Assembly (NCBI GenBank): GCA_003598025.1
Contig: QZKH01000003.1
Coordinates: 503,221-567,220, forward strand
From: Candidatus Omnitrophota bacterium
GTDB lineage: Bacteria > Omnitrophota > Gorgyraeia > Gygaellales > Profunditerraquicolaceae
Length of the DNA: 64,000 bases
Direction of reading: 5' to 3'
Below the pieces are notes generated by a model that was not told the DNA's origin, made no database searches, and was given only the letters and a program-made list of their open reading frames with translations. The translations under genes and the position numbers were made by a program. Shown piece by piece: positions 27,038 through 39,100 of this stretch (positions within the stretch are counted from its first letter, which is position 1; each line of letters starts with the position of its first letter).

Positions 27038-27613
27038 ATGAAACCTAAGTATGGAGTACTCATAGTCGATGATGATACGGCGCTTGCCCAGGATGCCAAG
27101 GAAAACCTTGAGCATGCAACAGAGGTTGATCTTGAGGTGGATATCTGTCCTGACAGCACCCAGGTAATCCCCTGCCTGAGCAAGAAAAGCAAACACTATG
27201 ACGTAGTGCTCTTAGATATCAAAATGCCTAAATTAACCGGCGCAGAAGTTCTCCAGCTCATCAAAAAGAAATTCCCCGATATCCATGTTATTATCATTTC
27301 AGCTTACATGGATGAATACAACCAAGATGAATTCATCCGCCTGGGCGCTTATCATGTGTTTCAAAAACCATGCGACTTTCACAAAGTAAAAGAATTTATT
27401 AAACGCGCAATCGATGACATTGAAATAACCACTGTAAGAGTAAAGGGCCTTGACCTAAGAAGAGCTCTGTACCAGGTCTCTAAAGAAATTATCTTTAAAG
27501 CATTAAGGCGCAATGACTGGCACGTGGAGAAAACCTCAAAGGATCTTAATATCACGCGCTGGTGCCTGGACCGCTGGATGAAGAAACTCTATATCAAAAA
27601 ACCGGCTCTTTAA
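27038..27613 (+). CDS. Response regulator: receiver domain + Fis-type HTH, no AAA+ domain
   Basis: Start at the ATG with an AGAAGGAG RBS; the track ORF begins at a TTG at 27011. Receiver motifs (LIVDDD, LLDIKMPKLTG); C-terminal NtrC/Fis-like HTH (ALRRNDWHVEKTSKDLNITRWCLDRWMKK). Confidence 0.75.
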   Translation: MKPKYGVLIVDDDTALAQDAKENLEHATEVDLEVDICPDSTQVIPCLSKKSKHYDVVLLDIKMPKLTGAEVLQLIKKKFPDIHVIIISAYMDEYNQDEFIRLGAYHVFQKPCDFHKVKEFIKRAIDDIEITTVRVKGLDLRRALYQVSKEIIFKALRRNDWHVEKTSKDLNITRWCLDRWMKKLYIKKPAL

Positions 27614-27837
27614 AACTTTTGATATAGTATAACATGGGTTTTTGGTTTAAACTGATTTCGAGGAAAAACAGCAAAAATGCCTATGTGCGAAAATGCTACA
27701 AAGAAAGCGCTTTTTGAGCGAAAACGCACATTGCCTATGTTTAACGAGTTTGAGTTATGTAGCACTTTCGCACATTTTGATTTTTTAAAAAAAGATTAAA
27801 AATTATCTTGACAGGTTTTTAAAACCAGAGGTGAACC

Positions 27838-28122
27838 ATGGAAGAGATTGATTTCAATAACATTAAACTGGACGATACCGATAAGAAGACTTTTGACGAG
27901 ATAGAAAGGCTAACTGAGGCTAACAGTATAGGCGAAGCGCTAAGGTGTATTAACCACGCTGTAAACGGATATCTGCACAGGGCACTATTGGCGCTCGAGA
28001 ATCTTCAGAATGGGATTTTGGATACTGAGGAAAAGCGTAAGGAAGCCTTTACGAAAGTCATTCAGAATTCTCTTAAGGCGTCACTTGCGGCCAAAGAACT
28101 AAGAAAGTTCTACAATCTCTAA
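27838..28122 (+). CDS. Hypothetical helical small protein
   Basis: 94-aa ORF followed by a terminator hairpin; no motif. Confidence 0.35.
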   Translation: MEEIDFNNIKLDDTDKKTFDEIERLTEANSIGEALRCINHAVNGYLHRALLALENLQNGILDTEEKRKEAFTKVIQNSLKASLAAKELRKFYNL

Positions 28123-28157
28123 GTTGATTATAGCTTGATAAAACATATATAAAAAGC

Positions 28158-28195
28158 AGTCCCGGAAGAGATTAATCCTCCGGGACTTTTACCGG
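28158..28195 (+). terminator. Rho-independent terminator (gtcccggaag...ctccgggac + TTTT)
   Basis: 8-9-bp stem followed by ttttacc, directly after the 27838..28122 ORF. Confidence 0.5.
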
Positions 28196-28238
28196 ATGTT
28201 GGCACCGGTCTCCCTCCGTGGCTGGTGGGAGTTTTATT

Positions 28239-28610
28239 CTATATGATCGCCGCTCTATTTACTAACTTATCAAGTTCATTAATATCCGGGGGTTTATTGA
28301 CATAGTGGAAAATGTTTAAGGTTTTCGTTTTCTGTTCTACTTCCTTATCAAATGGATCAGCGCTCATCATTATGACTGTTAATTCCTGATTGAACTCCCG
28401 TATTTTTTGCAAAAGCTCCATTCCATTCATTTCCGGCATCCTTCTGTCAAGCAACATGATTTTAAAAGCTCCTTCTTTTATCATCGTAAGAGCCTGACTT
28501 CCAGATGAGACAACTGATACATCATAACCAAGATCATCATAATGGAATCGCATGAACTCTCGAACGCCTTCATTGTCATCAACCACTAAAAGCTTAGTTT
28601 TCTTATTCAT
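28239..28610 (-). CDS. Stand-alone CheY-like receiver protein
   Basis: LLVVDDNEGVREFM, LLDRRMPEMNGMELL and K in YVNKP; 123 aa. Confidence 0.8.
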   Translation of the reverse strand: MNKKTKLLVVDDNEGVREFMRFHYDDLGYDVSVVSSGSQALTMIKEGAFKIMLLDRRMPEMNGMELLQKIREFNQELTVIMMSADPFDKEVEQKTKTLNIFHYVNKPPDINELDKLVNRAAII

Positions 28611-28656
28611 TTAATTACCTCTTTTAGCTCAAACGCTATATCTGTCTCCCTTCTCT

Positions 28657-28896
28657 TTATTTTATCCTTGCATTCATATCCAACAATAAGTCTACCACCT
28701 CGGCAGCCACGGTGAATATAAAGAAATAAATTGCTCCCACTATAAGTGTAACCAACCCCATCCAACGCGGTGTTTCAGGTGTAGCCATACCAGCAAAGAT
28801 GATCAAGGCGCTGATCACACCTAATACTAAACCTATCCAAGCTAATGTTTTAAAAACCTTTGGCGCTATTGATAATACTTTGTAATCTCCGTACAT
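28657..28896 (-). CDS. Small two-TM membrane protein
   Basis: 79 aa; two hydrophobic helices. Confidence 0.4.
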   Translation of the reverse strand: MYGDYKVLSIAPKVFKTLAWIGLVLGVISALIIFAGMATPETPRWMGLVTLIVGAIYFFIFTVAAEVVDLLLDMNARIK

Positions 28897-28916
28897 TTTA
28901 CTGCCTCCTTTTCTGG

Positions 28917-30182
28917 TTAAAGCTTACTTAATAACACTCTCTCTGTTTTATCTATAACAGCTAAGCTCTGCATATTCTGCTCAGAGAAACGAACAGGAGT
29001 AATTGCCGGAAGGCTCCGCGCAAGCATTATGGTAGACAGATTATCCCGAGTATTAACGCCACTTGTTACGCTCAGCTCGTTCTTTGCATATTGCAGAGGC
29101 CTTTCGACATTTCTCGGCATAAGCAGATCACAGGTATATAACAGACTATCTTTGCTCGTTTCTTCTGCAGGGCTGCTGGAAATTTCTGTCAGCCGGATAT
29201 CTCTTAAATCTACTCCCCCACTAAAATAATGCCTTGTGGTAATGATCATACCAAAAGGACTGCCGAAGGCTTCGGTTTCGCTGAATGAATACTGACCTTC
29301 TTTAATGGATTTAAGGTAGCTTTGGTAAATCTCATTAGGAGTTGAGGCATAATCGGTTTCTGTATCATCGAGTACTTTATAATTCACCGTTTGAAGGAGA
29401 GAATTATAGCCTGAACCGAACTTCCCCTTATACCAATGGGCCAAGATTAAAGCGTTATACACATCTCTTAAATCGGCGTAGCCATAGGCTTCATTAATGC
29501 GCTTATTCAGCTGTGGTAAGACTAATTCTTCCATAAGCTCTGAGGTAAAATCTTGCAGTTCTTTTTCTCTATTGTTCTTAAAAGTTATTCTCTGCGATAT
29601 ATAAGCCGGTTCAAGTTGTACTCTAAGGCTGCTTTTTGTAATGTAGAGTTGGTTTTGTTTCTCATAAACCTGGGCTAAATTGGGTACAATCCAGAGCCTT
29701 GTAACCAAAGGTATCTTATCTGCGGCGCCTAGTTCTTCTGCTTTTTGATATAACCTGCGCCAAAATTCCCTGCCCACTTGAGAGGATTGCGGATTTATGA
29801 TATTGGCCACATCCTCTTTCAGCCTGTAATCGGCATTAAGCATAATCCTGCCTAAATCAGTGTCAGCCAAGCTCGCATTTATGATCCTGTCCGGCTCGTC
29901 AGGATTAAGATTAACCCAAAAAGCATCATCGTGCATGGTTAAAGCGATAAACAGATGCTCTAAGGATTTTTGTGCTGCCTTATTGATATCCACAATGCCT
30001 TCAAAATTACCGGCCCTCTTAGCTTTAATGGTCATCCGTAAATGATTAACTCCGCTTGAGGTATCAACCACCATAGAAGTAAGCTGCACTGCGCTTATTG
30101 CCTCCTGGTCTGTCTCCCCTTTAGAGACACTGGAAAACAGCGATAGGCCAGTTATTATCATCATAACAATTATCCTTTTCAC
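28917..30182 (-). CDS. Secreted hypothetical protein co-transcribed with the giant gene
   Basis: Signal peptide. Starts 2 nt after the giant ORF stop. No motif recognised. Confidence 0.5.
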   Translation of the reverse strand: MKRIIVMMIITGLSLFSSVSKGETDQEAISAVQLTSMVVDTSSGVNHLRMTIKAKRAGNFEGIVDINKAAQKSLEHLFIALTMHDDAFWVNLNPDEPDRIINASLADTDLGRIMLNADYRLKEDVANIINPQSSQVGREFWRRLYQKAEELGAADKIPLVTRLWIVPNLAQVYEKQNQLYITKSSLRVQLEPAYISQRITFKNNREKELQDFTSELMEELVLPQLNKRINEAYGYADLRDVYNALILAHWYKGKFGSGYNSLLQTVNYKVLDDTETDYASTPNEIYQSYLKSIKEGQYSFSETEAFGSPFGMIITTRHYFSGGVDLRDIRLTEISSSPAEETSKDSLLYTCDLLMPRNVERPLQYAKNELSVTSGVNTRDNLSTIMLARSLPAITPVRFSEQNMQSLAVIDKTERVLLSKL

Positions 30183-30183
30183 C

Positions 30184-33100
30184 TTACACCATGCCTTCTA
30201 ATTCTTTATTGGCTTTATCTAACTTGTCAAGGTACTGCGTATCAACCTTTGATTTTTCGATAGGCTTAAAGATAAGCTGCTTAATCTTGCCTTCATCATC
30301 CAGCTGGACTTTACCGGTTTCATCGGTCTTGGCAACAATATATTCCTTTAATTCCTTAGGCAGCTGCTCGTAGAATTTCGGCTCTTTGGCAAGACCGGCA
30401 ACAATCAGGCCTAAGCTAGAGAGGGTTTTGGTTTCTTCTCCGCGCTTGACTAAGACATCAACCTTTTTGCCCCAATACCTGATATTATCTTCAAAGATAA
30501 TCCTGATTGAGCCAGCTATTAGATACGGCTCAAGGCTCTTAATAATATAGTCCTGGGGGATATCCGGTATGGTAACTAAGCTCTTAAGCAAATCATCAGT
30601 TAAGCCTAAAATTTTGACAATCTTATCCCTATTCAAAGCTGGATCGATATTGATAAGTCTGACGCGTATGTTCTCTGGAATCTGTTTCTTTTCCTGCGCC
30701 TGATACAATGAAGCAAGCGCTTCTCTAAAGCCAAGTCCTTTTAGCTGAGGCGTGCCTTTTGAGGTATCGATAAGAGTATCGACATCAATTTCTAGCGTCA
30801 TTCCGTCATAACCAATACAAAGCATATTAATAGCCTGAATTGCGCTGTTGCTTAAGACTAAATCATTATTCTCATTAACACTAAACAAGGCTCCAGCGAA
30901 AGGATCAGCCGTCTTTATTTTTAGCTTCTCTGTATTTTCCCTGTTAAATTTATCCTCAAGGACTTTTATGGCATCGCTGACTGCCTGGTTATCCGGTTCT
31001 TTCTCAAAGAGCAGCCTTAAAAACGGCAAGGCTTCAACAGCGCCAAATTTTGCTAAAGCAATGGCTGCATTATTTCTTATTTCCCGACTCGGGCTATATA
31101 AGGAATTGATAAGCTTAGAATCTACTTCTCTTAATAACATGACCAAGTCAGCATCGTTTAGCCTGATTTGCTGTTCTTGCTCAATAGACCTTGCTTTCTT
31201 GCTTGCCCAATCAACCCTGGGAAGATTACCCAGGTTAATAGTAGTGTTGATAGTACGGAATTCTTGCTCAATGCCCGGAGGCAAAGTCACGGAAGTCTTA
31301 AATAATAATCCCATAAACAGCCGTTCCAGCTCCTGATCTGCCGGATGAGAAAGCTTATAGAACGCTGAACCGACCTCATGAACGATAATCCTGAATAAGG
31401 CTACCAAAATCTGCTTATCTCTGTTTTTTATGCCCTGGTTTATCTCTTCAACAGTAACCGGCCTTCCCAATAAATCCTCAAGACAGGACCGCTGAATATA
31501 AAAGGTATTACCGCTAAGAGTCGCACCAAAGGTTGAACGTCCGTTGTCAATAATGTATATATTTAAAGTCCTGAGGTAATCTATCAGTTCGTTAGCGTGG
31601 TTGGGAAATATGCGCGAGAAAAATACTGTGAGTGCAACAAGAAAATCAGGATCCAGCGGCATACCCTTAATTTTTCCCAATTCATAAGATTCTTTTATTT
31701 CTCGTGCCATAGGAGGCGGAAAATCTCCAAACTTAGCCGGAAGATTAGTCGTATCTCTGAACATGTTGTCAAAGAATAATTTTCTTAAGCCCTCTATAAC
31801 ACTGTCTCTTGTATCAGGAAAATCAAGGCTAAAATTATTATTAGGCGCCTGGGGCTTCTTTTCTTGAGGCTTAGGCTGAGGAATAGGTTGAGGCGACGGG
31901 GTAACCGGCTTGGGTCTTTCCAGTTCTGGCTCATAGACCGGCGGTTCTTCTATTATAGGCCTTACTTGTTTTAGTTTTGGCTTATTAAAATCTAAAATCT
32001 CTTCTATTCTTTCATCAAAACGGCTTCCCTTGCCTTTTTCGCTTTTTCCAACAATTTTGATTTCATATTCTTCAGCTAAGCGGGAAACATCCTTAGCCAA
32101 CTGCTCTGTCCACGGGATCCCTTTTCTTGCAGCGAGTTTCTTCGCTCCTAGAAGAATTGCCTCGTGGGCAAGCAGGACTGCGACTTCAAAAGTATAGAGC
32201 TGCTCGTAGGTAAGCTGGTCTATGTAGATTGAATTATTAGAAAGTCCGTTGTGAGCTATCTGATAGGCATTTTCATTGTTTACCAATAAGCCGGGAGGAG
32301 AATTATTGTGCGGTACTATCAAGACAATATTTGCTATCGAAAGTATCTCCGGAATATCAACTCTGCCTAATCTTGGAATTTGCACAGAAGGATATCTTTT
32401 TAACGACGAGATTACCCAGGCAATATCCTGTGCGTATTTTGCGCAGTTATCTTTCCAGCCGGATGCATCGCCCCAGATAAGGCTGCCCCTTCCTTCTCTT
32501 TGCGCTGCTGTAATAACCTCATTGACATCCATGTGTTCATCCGGGCTGAACATACCTTTTCCTTTAGCTGCGCCTGCAAAGTCAGACTTAATTCTATTGG
32601 CAAGCAGGTGTAAAGTTCGTTGCCAGCCATGCTCTCCGCCCTGATCGTAAAACTCTACTTCTTCAGGGATATTATGTTTTGCGCCAACGGAATAAACTTT
32701 TGCCCCGGGGATAATCATCCTGCGGTCTAATCCTGAAGGCCCGAAGTCGTCTCCCACAATAAGGATCTGTCGTGGTTGTATGTCCTGCGGAAGATAATTC
32801 CTGAACATTCCTACTGCCGCAGCTTTATCCACTCCTTTAGAAACTATATGTATAGTCCCTCCTCCAGAGACCAGTATATCTAACTGCCAGCTGCCGGGGA
32901 TTCTGCGTTTAATTCTTTCTATTAATTCTTTTTTCTGATCCGCTGAAGTGCTTTCTTTGATGCCCAGAGTCAATGAAATATCCCTGTTATGAATAAAGGT
33001 AACACCCGGATCCTGGGTTAGAATGGGGCCTAAGACTGGAATATTGCCTTTTGGATTAACCACTTCTTTTATTGCGCTTCTTATGATTTCCTGCAATTCT

Positions 33101-36100
33101 TTTCTGTGCGCCTCTGTATCAAAAGGCGCTCTTCCCATGGTAGCGTCATCCAAAAGCACTGCCTTGAACTGCCCCTGTGTATAGAACTGCCATAGCTGGC
33201 TGCCTTCTGAAGGGCCGATATACAGGCTGCTCAACAGCTCTTCTGAATCTCCTGAGTTCTTAAGCAGGCTGCGCAGCGGTTCTATTAGATATGTTTTTGT
33301 CTCTTCCGTGCTTTGCGCGGTGATAATTGCAATCTTTATTTTTGCCTTTAAGAAACCTCTAAGCTGCTCAAGGATCTCCGGCGGTACAGTGCGCAGGGTG
33401 CGTGAAAGTGTCTTATCCAAATCGAATATCATTGCCTTCGGCAAGCCGGATGTGTTTGGAGCCTTTGGAATAATATCGTCTATCCCGCAGGAATATTTAA
33501 GCATTAAACCAATCCACAAATCTACGTGGTCAATAAGATTTTTTACCTTAACCTTCTCATGGGAATGATTACCCTCGTATGGAGAACGAATATGTAAACC
33601 AGCATTTGCATGATTTGGAAAATGGACAAAGTCACCCATACCTAAACCTTCTCTTGTCAGCTCTATTTTTCTACCTTTACTAACGGCAATTTCCCGAACC
33701 GTATTTATTATGTCACTGTAGGGCTTCTTCTGGCTGTCCTGACCAGACACTACAACAACGAACGAATTATCCGGATCAGGGATTGCATAATCTAACGGAC
33801 CATCGGAAGTCAGCGAGAATAACACATTCTTAAACAACTCAGGATGACTTTCACCCAAGTGTCTCGCTCCTTCAAAAGGCGTTTCTTCTTCAGCAGTAAT
33901 AATGAAAACAATTCTTCTGCGGTCTGCGCCTTTATCCCAATAGTTTGTCTTTATGAATCTTAATGCTTCAAACAACACCGTAAGTCCCGCTTTATCATCT
34001 GCTCCGAAAGAACGATCTTGCTTATGATAAAAACCCTTTATCTGATCAGAAATATTCATATCTTCTGGAGTTGAAGAGGGGATTGTATCCATATGAGCAT
34101 TGATGATAAATCCCGGCTCTTTAGAGAACCTTCCTGTCCCGGGAAATTCTACAACCAGGTTCTTTGGTGTATCCGAGCTGCCGCACTGCGGGCCGCATTC
34201 AAGAACAACTCTTGCACCCATGGCTGTAAGGGCATCTTTTAACTGCTGCCTGATTGCCTCTTCGCTTCCTGTGGGACTTCTCTGACGGATCAGGCTGACA
34301 AAAGTATCTACGCTTTGGCTTCTGGCTTTTTCATGCAAATAGAGTGAACTTACTTCTTTAGAAATTGCCCTTGCCTTGGCTAACAAGGTGTCTGCCACCG
34401 GCTTTATTTCTTCGGCCTTTTTCAGCACTTCTATTTCTTTCTTTAGCTGCGCCTCTTCTTCTTTAAGCTCGGTTATGGTTTCCTGCAAAAGCCCTCTTTG
34501 CACATCTAAACCGCGAAGTACAAGCAAGAGCCTCTCGCGTTCTTCATTAAGCTTGGCTGCAGCAGCATTAATACCGTCTAATTCCTGACGTGCTTTATCC
34601 CTTTCAGCAACAAGACTGTCCAACTCAGCTTTTACCCCTGCTTTTTCCTGTTCAAGCCTTGAGAGCTCGGCTGCATGCTCTTGTTTCTTTCTAGCGAATT
34701 CTTCATCCAGGGCGTTGATCTGGGCTTGGATATCTTGTCTTTGAGCATCAAGCTGTTCCTGCAGCCTCTTCTGTTCTTCGCTTAGAACCTGCTGCTTTTG
34801 CTGCGCCTGAGCTTGAGTGGCTTCTTGTGTTTCTTGAACATGGCGCCTTGCTTCCTCAAGTTCTTGTTGTGTTCTATCAACATTTTCTTTTAACGCTGCC
34901 CTTTGAGCCTCTAAGCCGCGGATTTCTTCCTGAAGATTTTGTTTTTCTTTTCCAAGGCTTAATAATTCCTGCTTTTTGCTTTCTACATCCTGCTGAACTC
35001 CCTTTAAGCCTGTGGTTTCGGCCTTAAGCTTTTCTCTTTCTTCTCTTAAGCTGGTCAGCTCCTGAGTAAGATTTGTTATTTCTTCTTTTATAACTCTTGC
35101 TTTTTCCTCTGCCTCGCTTATAGATAACGACAGTTCTTTTTGTTTAGCCTTAATCTCATTTTGCAGCGCAGTTGTCTGTTGGGAGAGTTCATCTTTCTGT
35201 CGGATTAAACTTTCTATCTGCTGATCTAGCTGTGTTGTTTTAATTTGAGCTGCGCGCTCGGTTTCCTGTCTGGCCAAAGCGTCTTTTTCTGTTTCAAGGC
35301 TAGTAATAGCTTGCGTTAATTCCTGCATTTTTTGATTCAAGGCTGCTATTTCTTTCTGAAGACCATCTTTCCTAGTCTGAAAACTTGCAGCATCTTCTTC
35401 AAGCTGTTTTTTCTGTGCATTAAGAGCAGTTGTTTCTTCTTTTACTTTTCTTAAGTTTTCTTCTGCTTCCTGCAATTGCTTATTTAATGCCTCTATCTGA
35501 GCCTTAGCAGCTGAAGTATCCTGCAGAGCTGTTAACTCCTGGCGTGCTTTTTCTTTCTGCTGCTCCAAGACCTTCAGTTCTTCCTGATAAGCATCAATTT
35601 TTTGCTTTAAGCCCTGGATCGCCTGTTCATAATTAGTTCTTTCTTCTTTGAATCTGGCTGTTGCCTCTTCCTCCTGAGCTGCTGCCAAAGACAAACTCTG
35701 CCTCTTTGCTTCCAAATCTTTCTCAAGCTGGATAATTTCCTGTGTTAGTTTTTCTTTCTGCTGAGTTAATTCTTGAATCTGCTGTCCAGCTTGCGCGGAC
35801 TTCTGGCTTCTTTCTTCTTCAAGCGCAGCAATTGTCTTTTCAAGACCTGCTATTTCTTCTTTAAGACTGGATACCTTTGTCTGTAATTGCGGAATAACTG
35901 CTGCATCCTGCGGCTCAACTGCTACTACATCGTCCGGTTTTTCTCCTGCACCCTCAAGTGCCTCAATAGGAAATGGAGTCTTTGGCAAAGGATAGTCTTG
36001 TTTGTTATATTCAATTTGTCCTTGCAGGACCTCGGGTTTCACTGCGTAAAGCTCAAATCCTTCAGGAGTAGTTTTTGTGCTAAGAAGATTAATGACTTTT

Positions 36101-39100
36101 AAATCCAAAATTGTGATGACTTCCTTAATCTTAGAGAGCCTGTATTTGGTTTGGGTGACATTATGGAACTTCTGGAAACGGGCCCATTCATAACGCTGGA
36201 TAAAATCTATTGAGCGGGGAGTGTAGTTTATCGGTTCGCCCGGAAGATTAAAAGTATGGAGCAATTGATACCAGTCATTATCCCTTAAGAGCCAGGATAT
36301 CCTCAAGCCATAGATATCATAAAGATGGCTTACTACAGAGAGCTTTTCTTCGCTAGTTAGTTCCTGCCATTCAGGATGTTTTATAATCTGCGTTAATTCT
36401 TTTTTGGCAAAACCTCTTTTTGAAGATGCGAGATTTGTCACTGTTAACGGTAATCCTAAGCCTTCCAGAAAAGCCTTCTGATTCCGCAAGGTATCAGGAT
36501 TGCGTAACAATAAACTTCTGCCATGTCCATTTACGATATCAAGCCCCAGTTCATCATGCAGGAAACGGATTCTATCTTTTACATTGATTTTTTCAGAGCG
36601 AAGCAGACGCTGCATTTCTTTGGAAGGAAGCGCTTTTAAGAATTCAACTGACTTATCTATATCTGCATCGCTAATCTTTACTGTCTGAGTCTCGGGCCTT
36701 GGTGTGGTGGTAATAGTTTCGGCTTGGGAAGATAGAGTGGCGGATTCTTGTTCTTTCTGTGAAACTTGCGACTTTAATTCTACAATCCTTGCGTCCAGCT
36801 CTTCTATGATGTTATTTTTGACCTCTTTTGCCTGAACAAGCTCATCTTGAACTCTTTGGTGTTCTTCTCTTAAACGCCCTAATTCATCGGTTATCTTCTT
36901 TAACTCGTCTTCCTGTTTCTTGCTACCTGCTTCTAAATCAGCGGCCTGCGTTTTCTTCTGTTCAATTTCAGCAGCTAAATCTTCTTTTTCTTTTCGTTGA
37001 GAAGAAAGCTGCCTTTCTAAGTCATCTGCCTGCTGCTGCAATCCTTTAACCCTGTCAGAAAGATTCTTAAATCTTGACCATCTTCTCCATAAGATGATCC
37101 CGCCTGCTAATATTCCTATGCCGGTTAAGCCAAGCAGGATTATTCCTAATTTCCCCTGCCAGGGAAGACTAATCCAGATATTCTTTAATGTAGGTTCGGA
37201 TTTTATTTTAGCCTCATCTAAAACTGTCTTTGCCTCGCTTATCTGTTGCCTTAAGCCTGATAAATTCTGCTGTAGTTTATCCTTATCCTGCGTTAACTGG
37301 TTAACGTTATTCTCAAGGACGCTCTTTTGAGACTGCAACTGCGTTAAATTTTGCTCCCCTTGTTTTTTCTGTGTCTCAAGCTGCCTGACTTCACCTTGAA
37401 GATTATCAATTTTCTGCTGGATGCGCGGGGGCTGGCTTTGTAAATGCTTTACTTCTTGGGCGGCTTTTTCTTTTTCAGCAAGAATTCTGTTTAATTCTTC
37501 CTGCGCTTGTTGCTGCTGCGCTTCAAGGGTAGCAATTTGACGTTCATAGTCAGCTTTCTTCTCTTGAAGCTGAGTAACTTCTTCAGGAAGTTTTTGTGTT
37601 TCCTTTAACTGCTGCAGTTGTTTTTGGGCACCGGCAAGCTGGGCTTTCAGATCAGATACTTCTATTTTAAGATTTGAATCTGTCTGGCGTATTTTATCCA
37701 GTTCAGCCTGTATAGATTTTATTTGCTCGCTGATCTGAGTTATAATCTGCTGTGTATCTGGAGCATTATCTTGAGCTTGGTCTACCTGCGCCGGTTTAGG
37801 TTTAGCCTCTTCTCTAGCCGGTGCTTTTTCTTGCGAAACAGCATCTTTGCCGGTTTCTTCCACAGAAACCTTTCCGCTTAAATCTAACGGTTTTTGTCCT
37901 TCAGGTACATCACTTAAACCAACCTTGGGATTAACCTGTGCAGTAGCAGGGCCAAGCCTGACCTTAGCTTCCGTTGCAAGCTCAACTCCTTCAGTATCAC
38001 TTTTATTCTGTTTAACTTTTTCTCCCAAAGATGCCTTGGCAGATAAACTTATTGGGGCTTCTTCCTGAGGAACATCACTTAAGCCCACCTTCGGACTTAT
38101 ATCTCCAGTTAGAGGGCCTACACGCATGTTGCCTTGACTCCTGAGCTCAACTCCTTTGGGTGCCTTTTTAACTTCTGGTGTCTTGGCTGTTTCCTGTTTC
38201 TTTGCCTTCTCGCCTAATTCGATATTCCCGGAAACGCTTAACGACGCTTCATGTGGTTTAGGCTGGCTAAGAGCAACCTCTGTTCTACTGTGTATAGTCA
38301 GAGGTCCTATCCTTGAATTAAATGCAGTGGCGCAGCCACTGGAAAGCAGCAATGCAGCAGCCAATAGAAAGCCGGTGCAGAAGTTCCGGAAAGAATGCCC
38401 TTGCTTAGGAGTATTTTTCTTAACCGGCTGTGAATTTGCTTGAACTGGACTGCTTACAGGATTATTTTCCTGCGCGGGGGCTGGCTTCTCTAAAACCGTA
38501 CCCTCTCCTGAATCAACGGGCTGTATTTCTTGTGTTTCTTTTGGTGTATTTCTTTGCCAGATATTCCTTAATAATAAGGTTTGTCTTGGATTATTTGGAT
38601 CAACTCTTTTTAAAGAATAGTTCCAATGCGGGCTAAAAGTCTCCAGGTATTCATTGCGCGCTGCATAATTATCCCACAGGCCTAAAGCCTTTAAATGTTC
38701 AAAGCCGGTTGTCTTTTCTATTTCCTGTGCTGTAGCAGGATATTTCTGGTCAAAATGGTCGTGTATGGCATTGAAATTGGAAATAAAACTGCTCATTAAA
38801 ACTTGGCTGAATCCTTGTGAGCTGGCATATTCAACTACCTTCTCTAATACTTTATCCGAAATCTCCTTTACTGAAACCGGCCAAGATCTTCCCCAAACAG
38901 GAAGCTGTATTGCATCAACAATTAGAACAGGTTCGCTATCTTTCTCGCCAACAATTGTATAAACATTACCTACCCATTTGTCATCCTGGATAACCCTAAA
39001 GACCAATAATCCGGGGTCAAACATAAACTGTGGGATAGTATTGTAGAAAGCCGAGCCGTTTATGGAAGTACAGTCTCCACTTGCCACACCTCTTAAAATA

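Noticed and set aside
26854-27192. 112-aa minus-strand ORF overlapping the leader and start of the REC-Fis regulator gene
   Set aside because: It overlaps a well-supported plus-strand gene and the structured leader, has a Ser-rich low-complexity sequence and is antisense.
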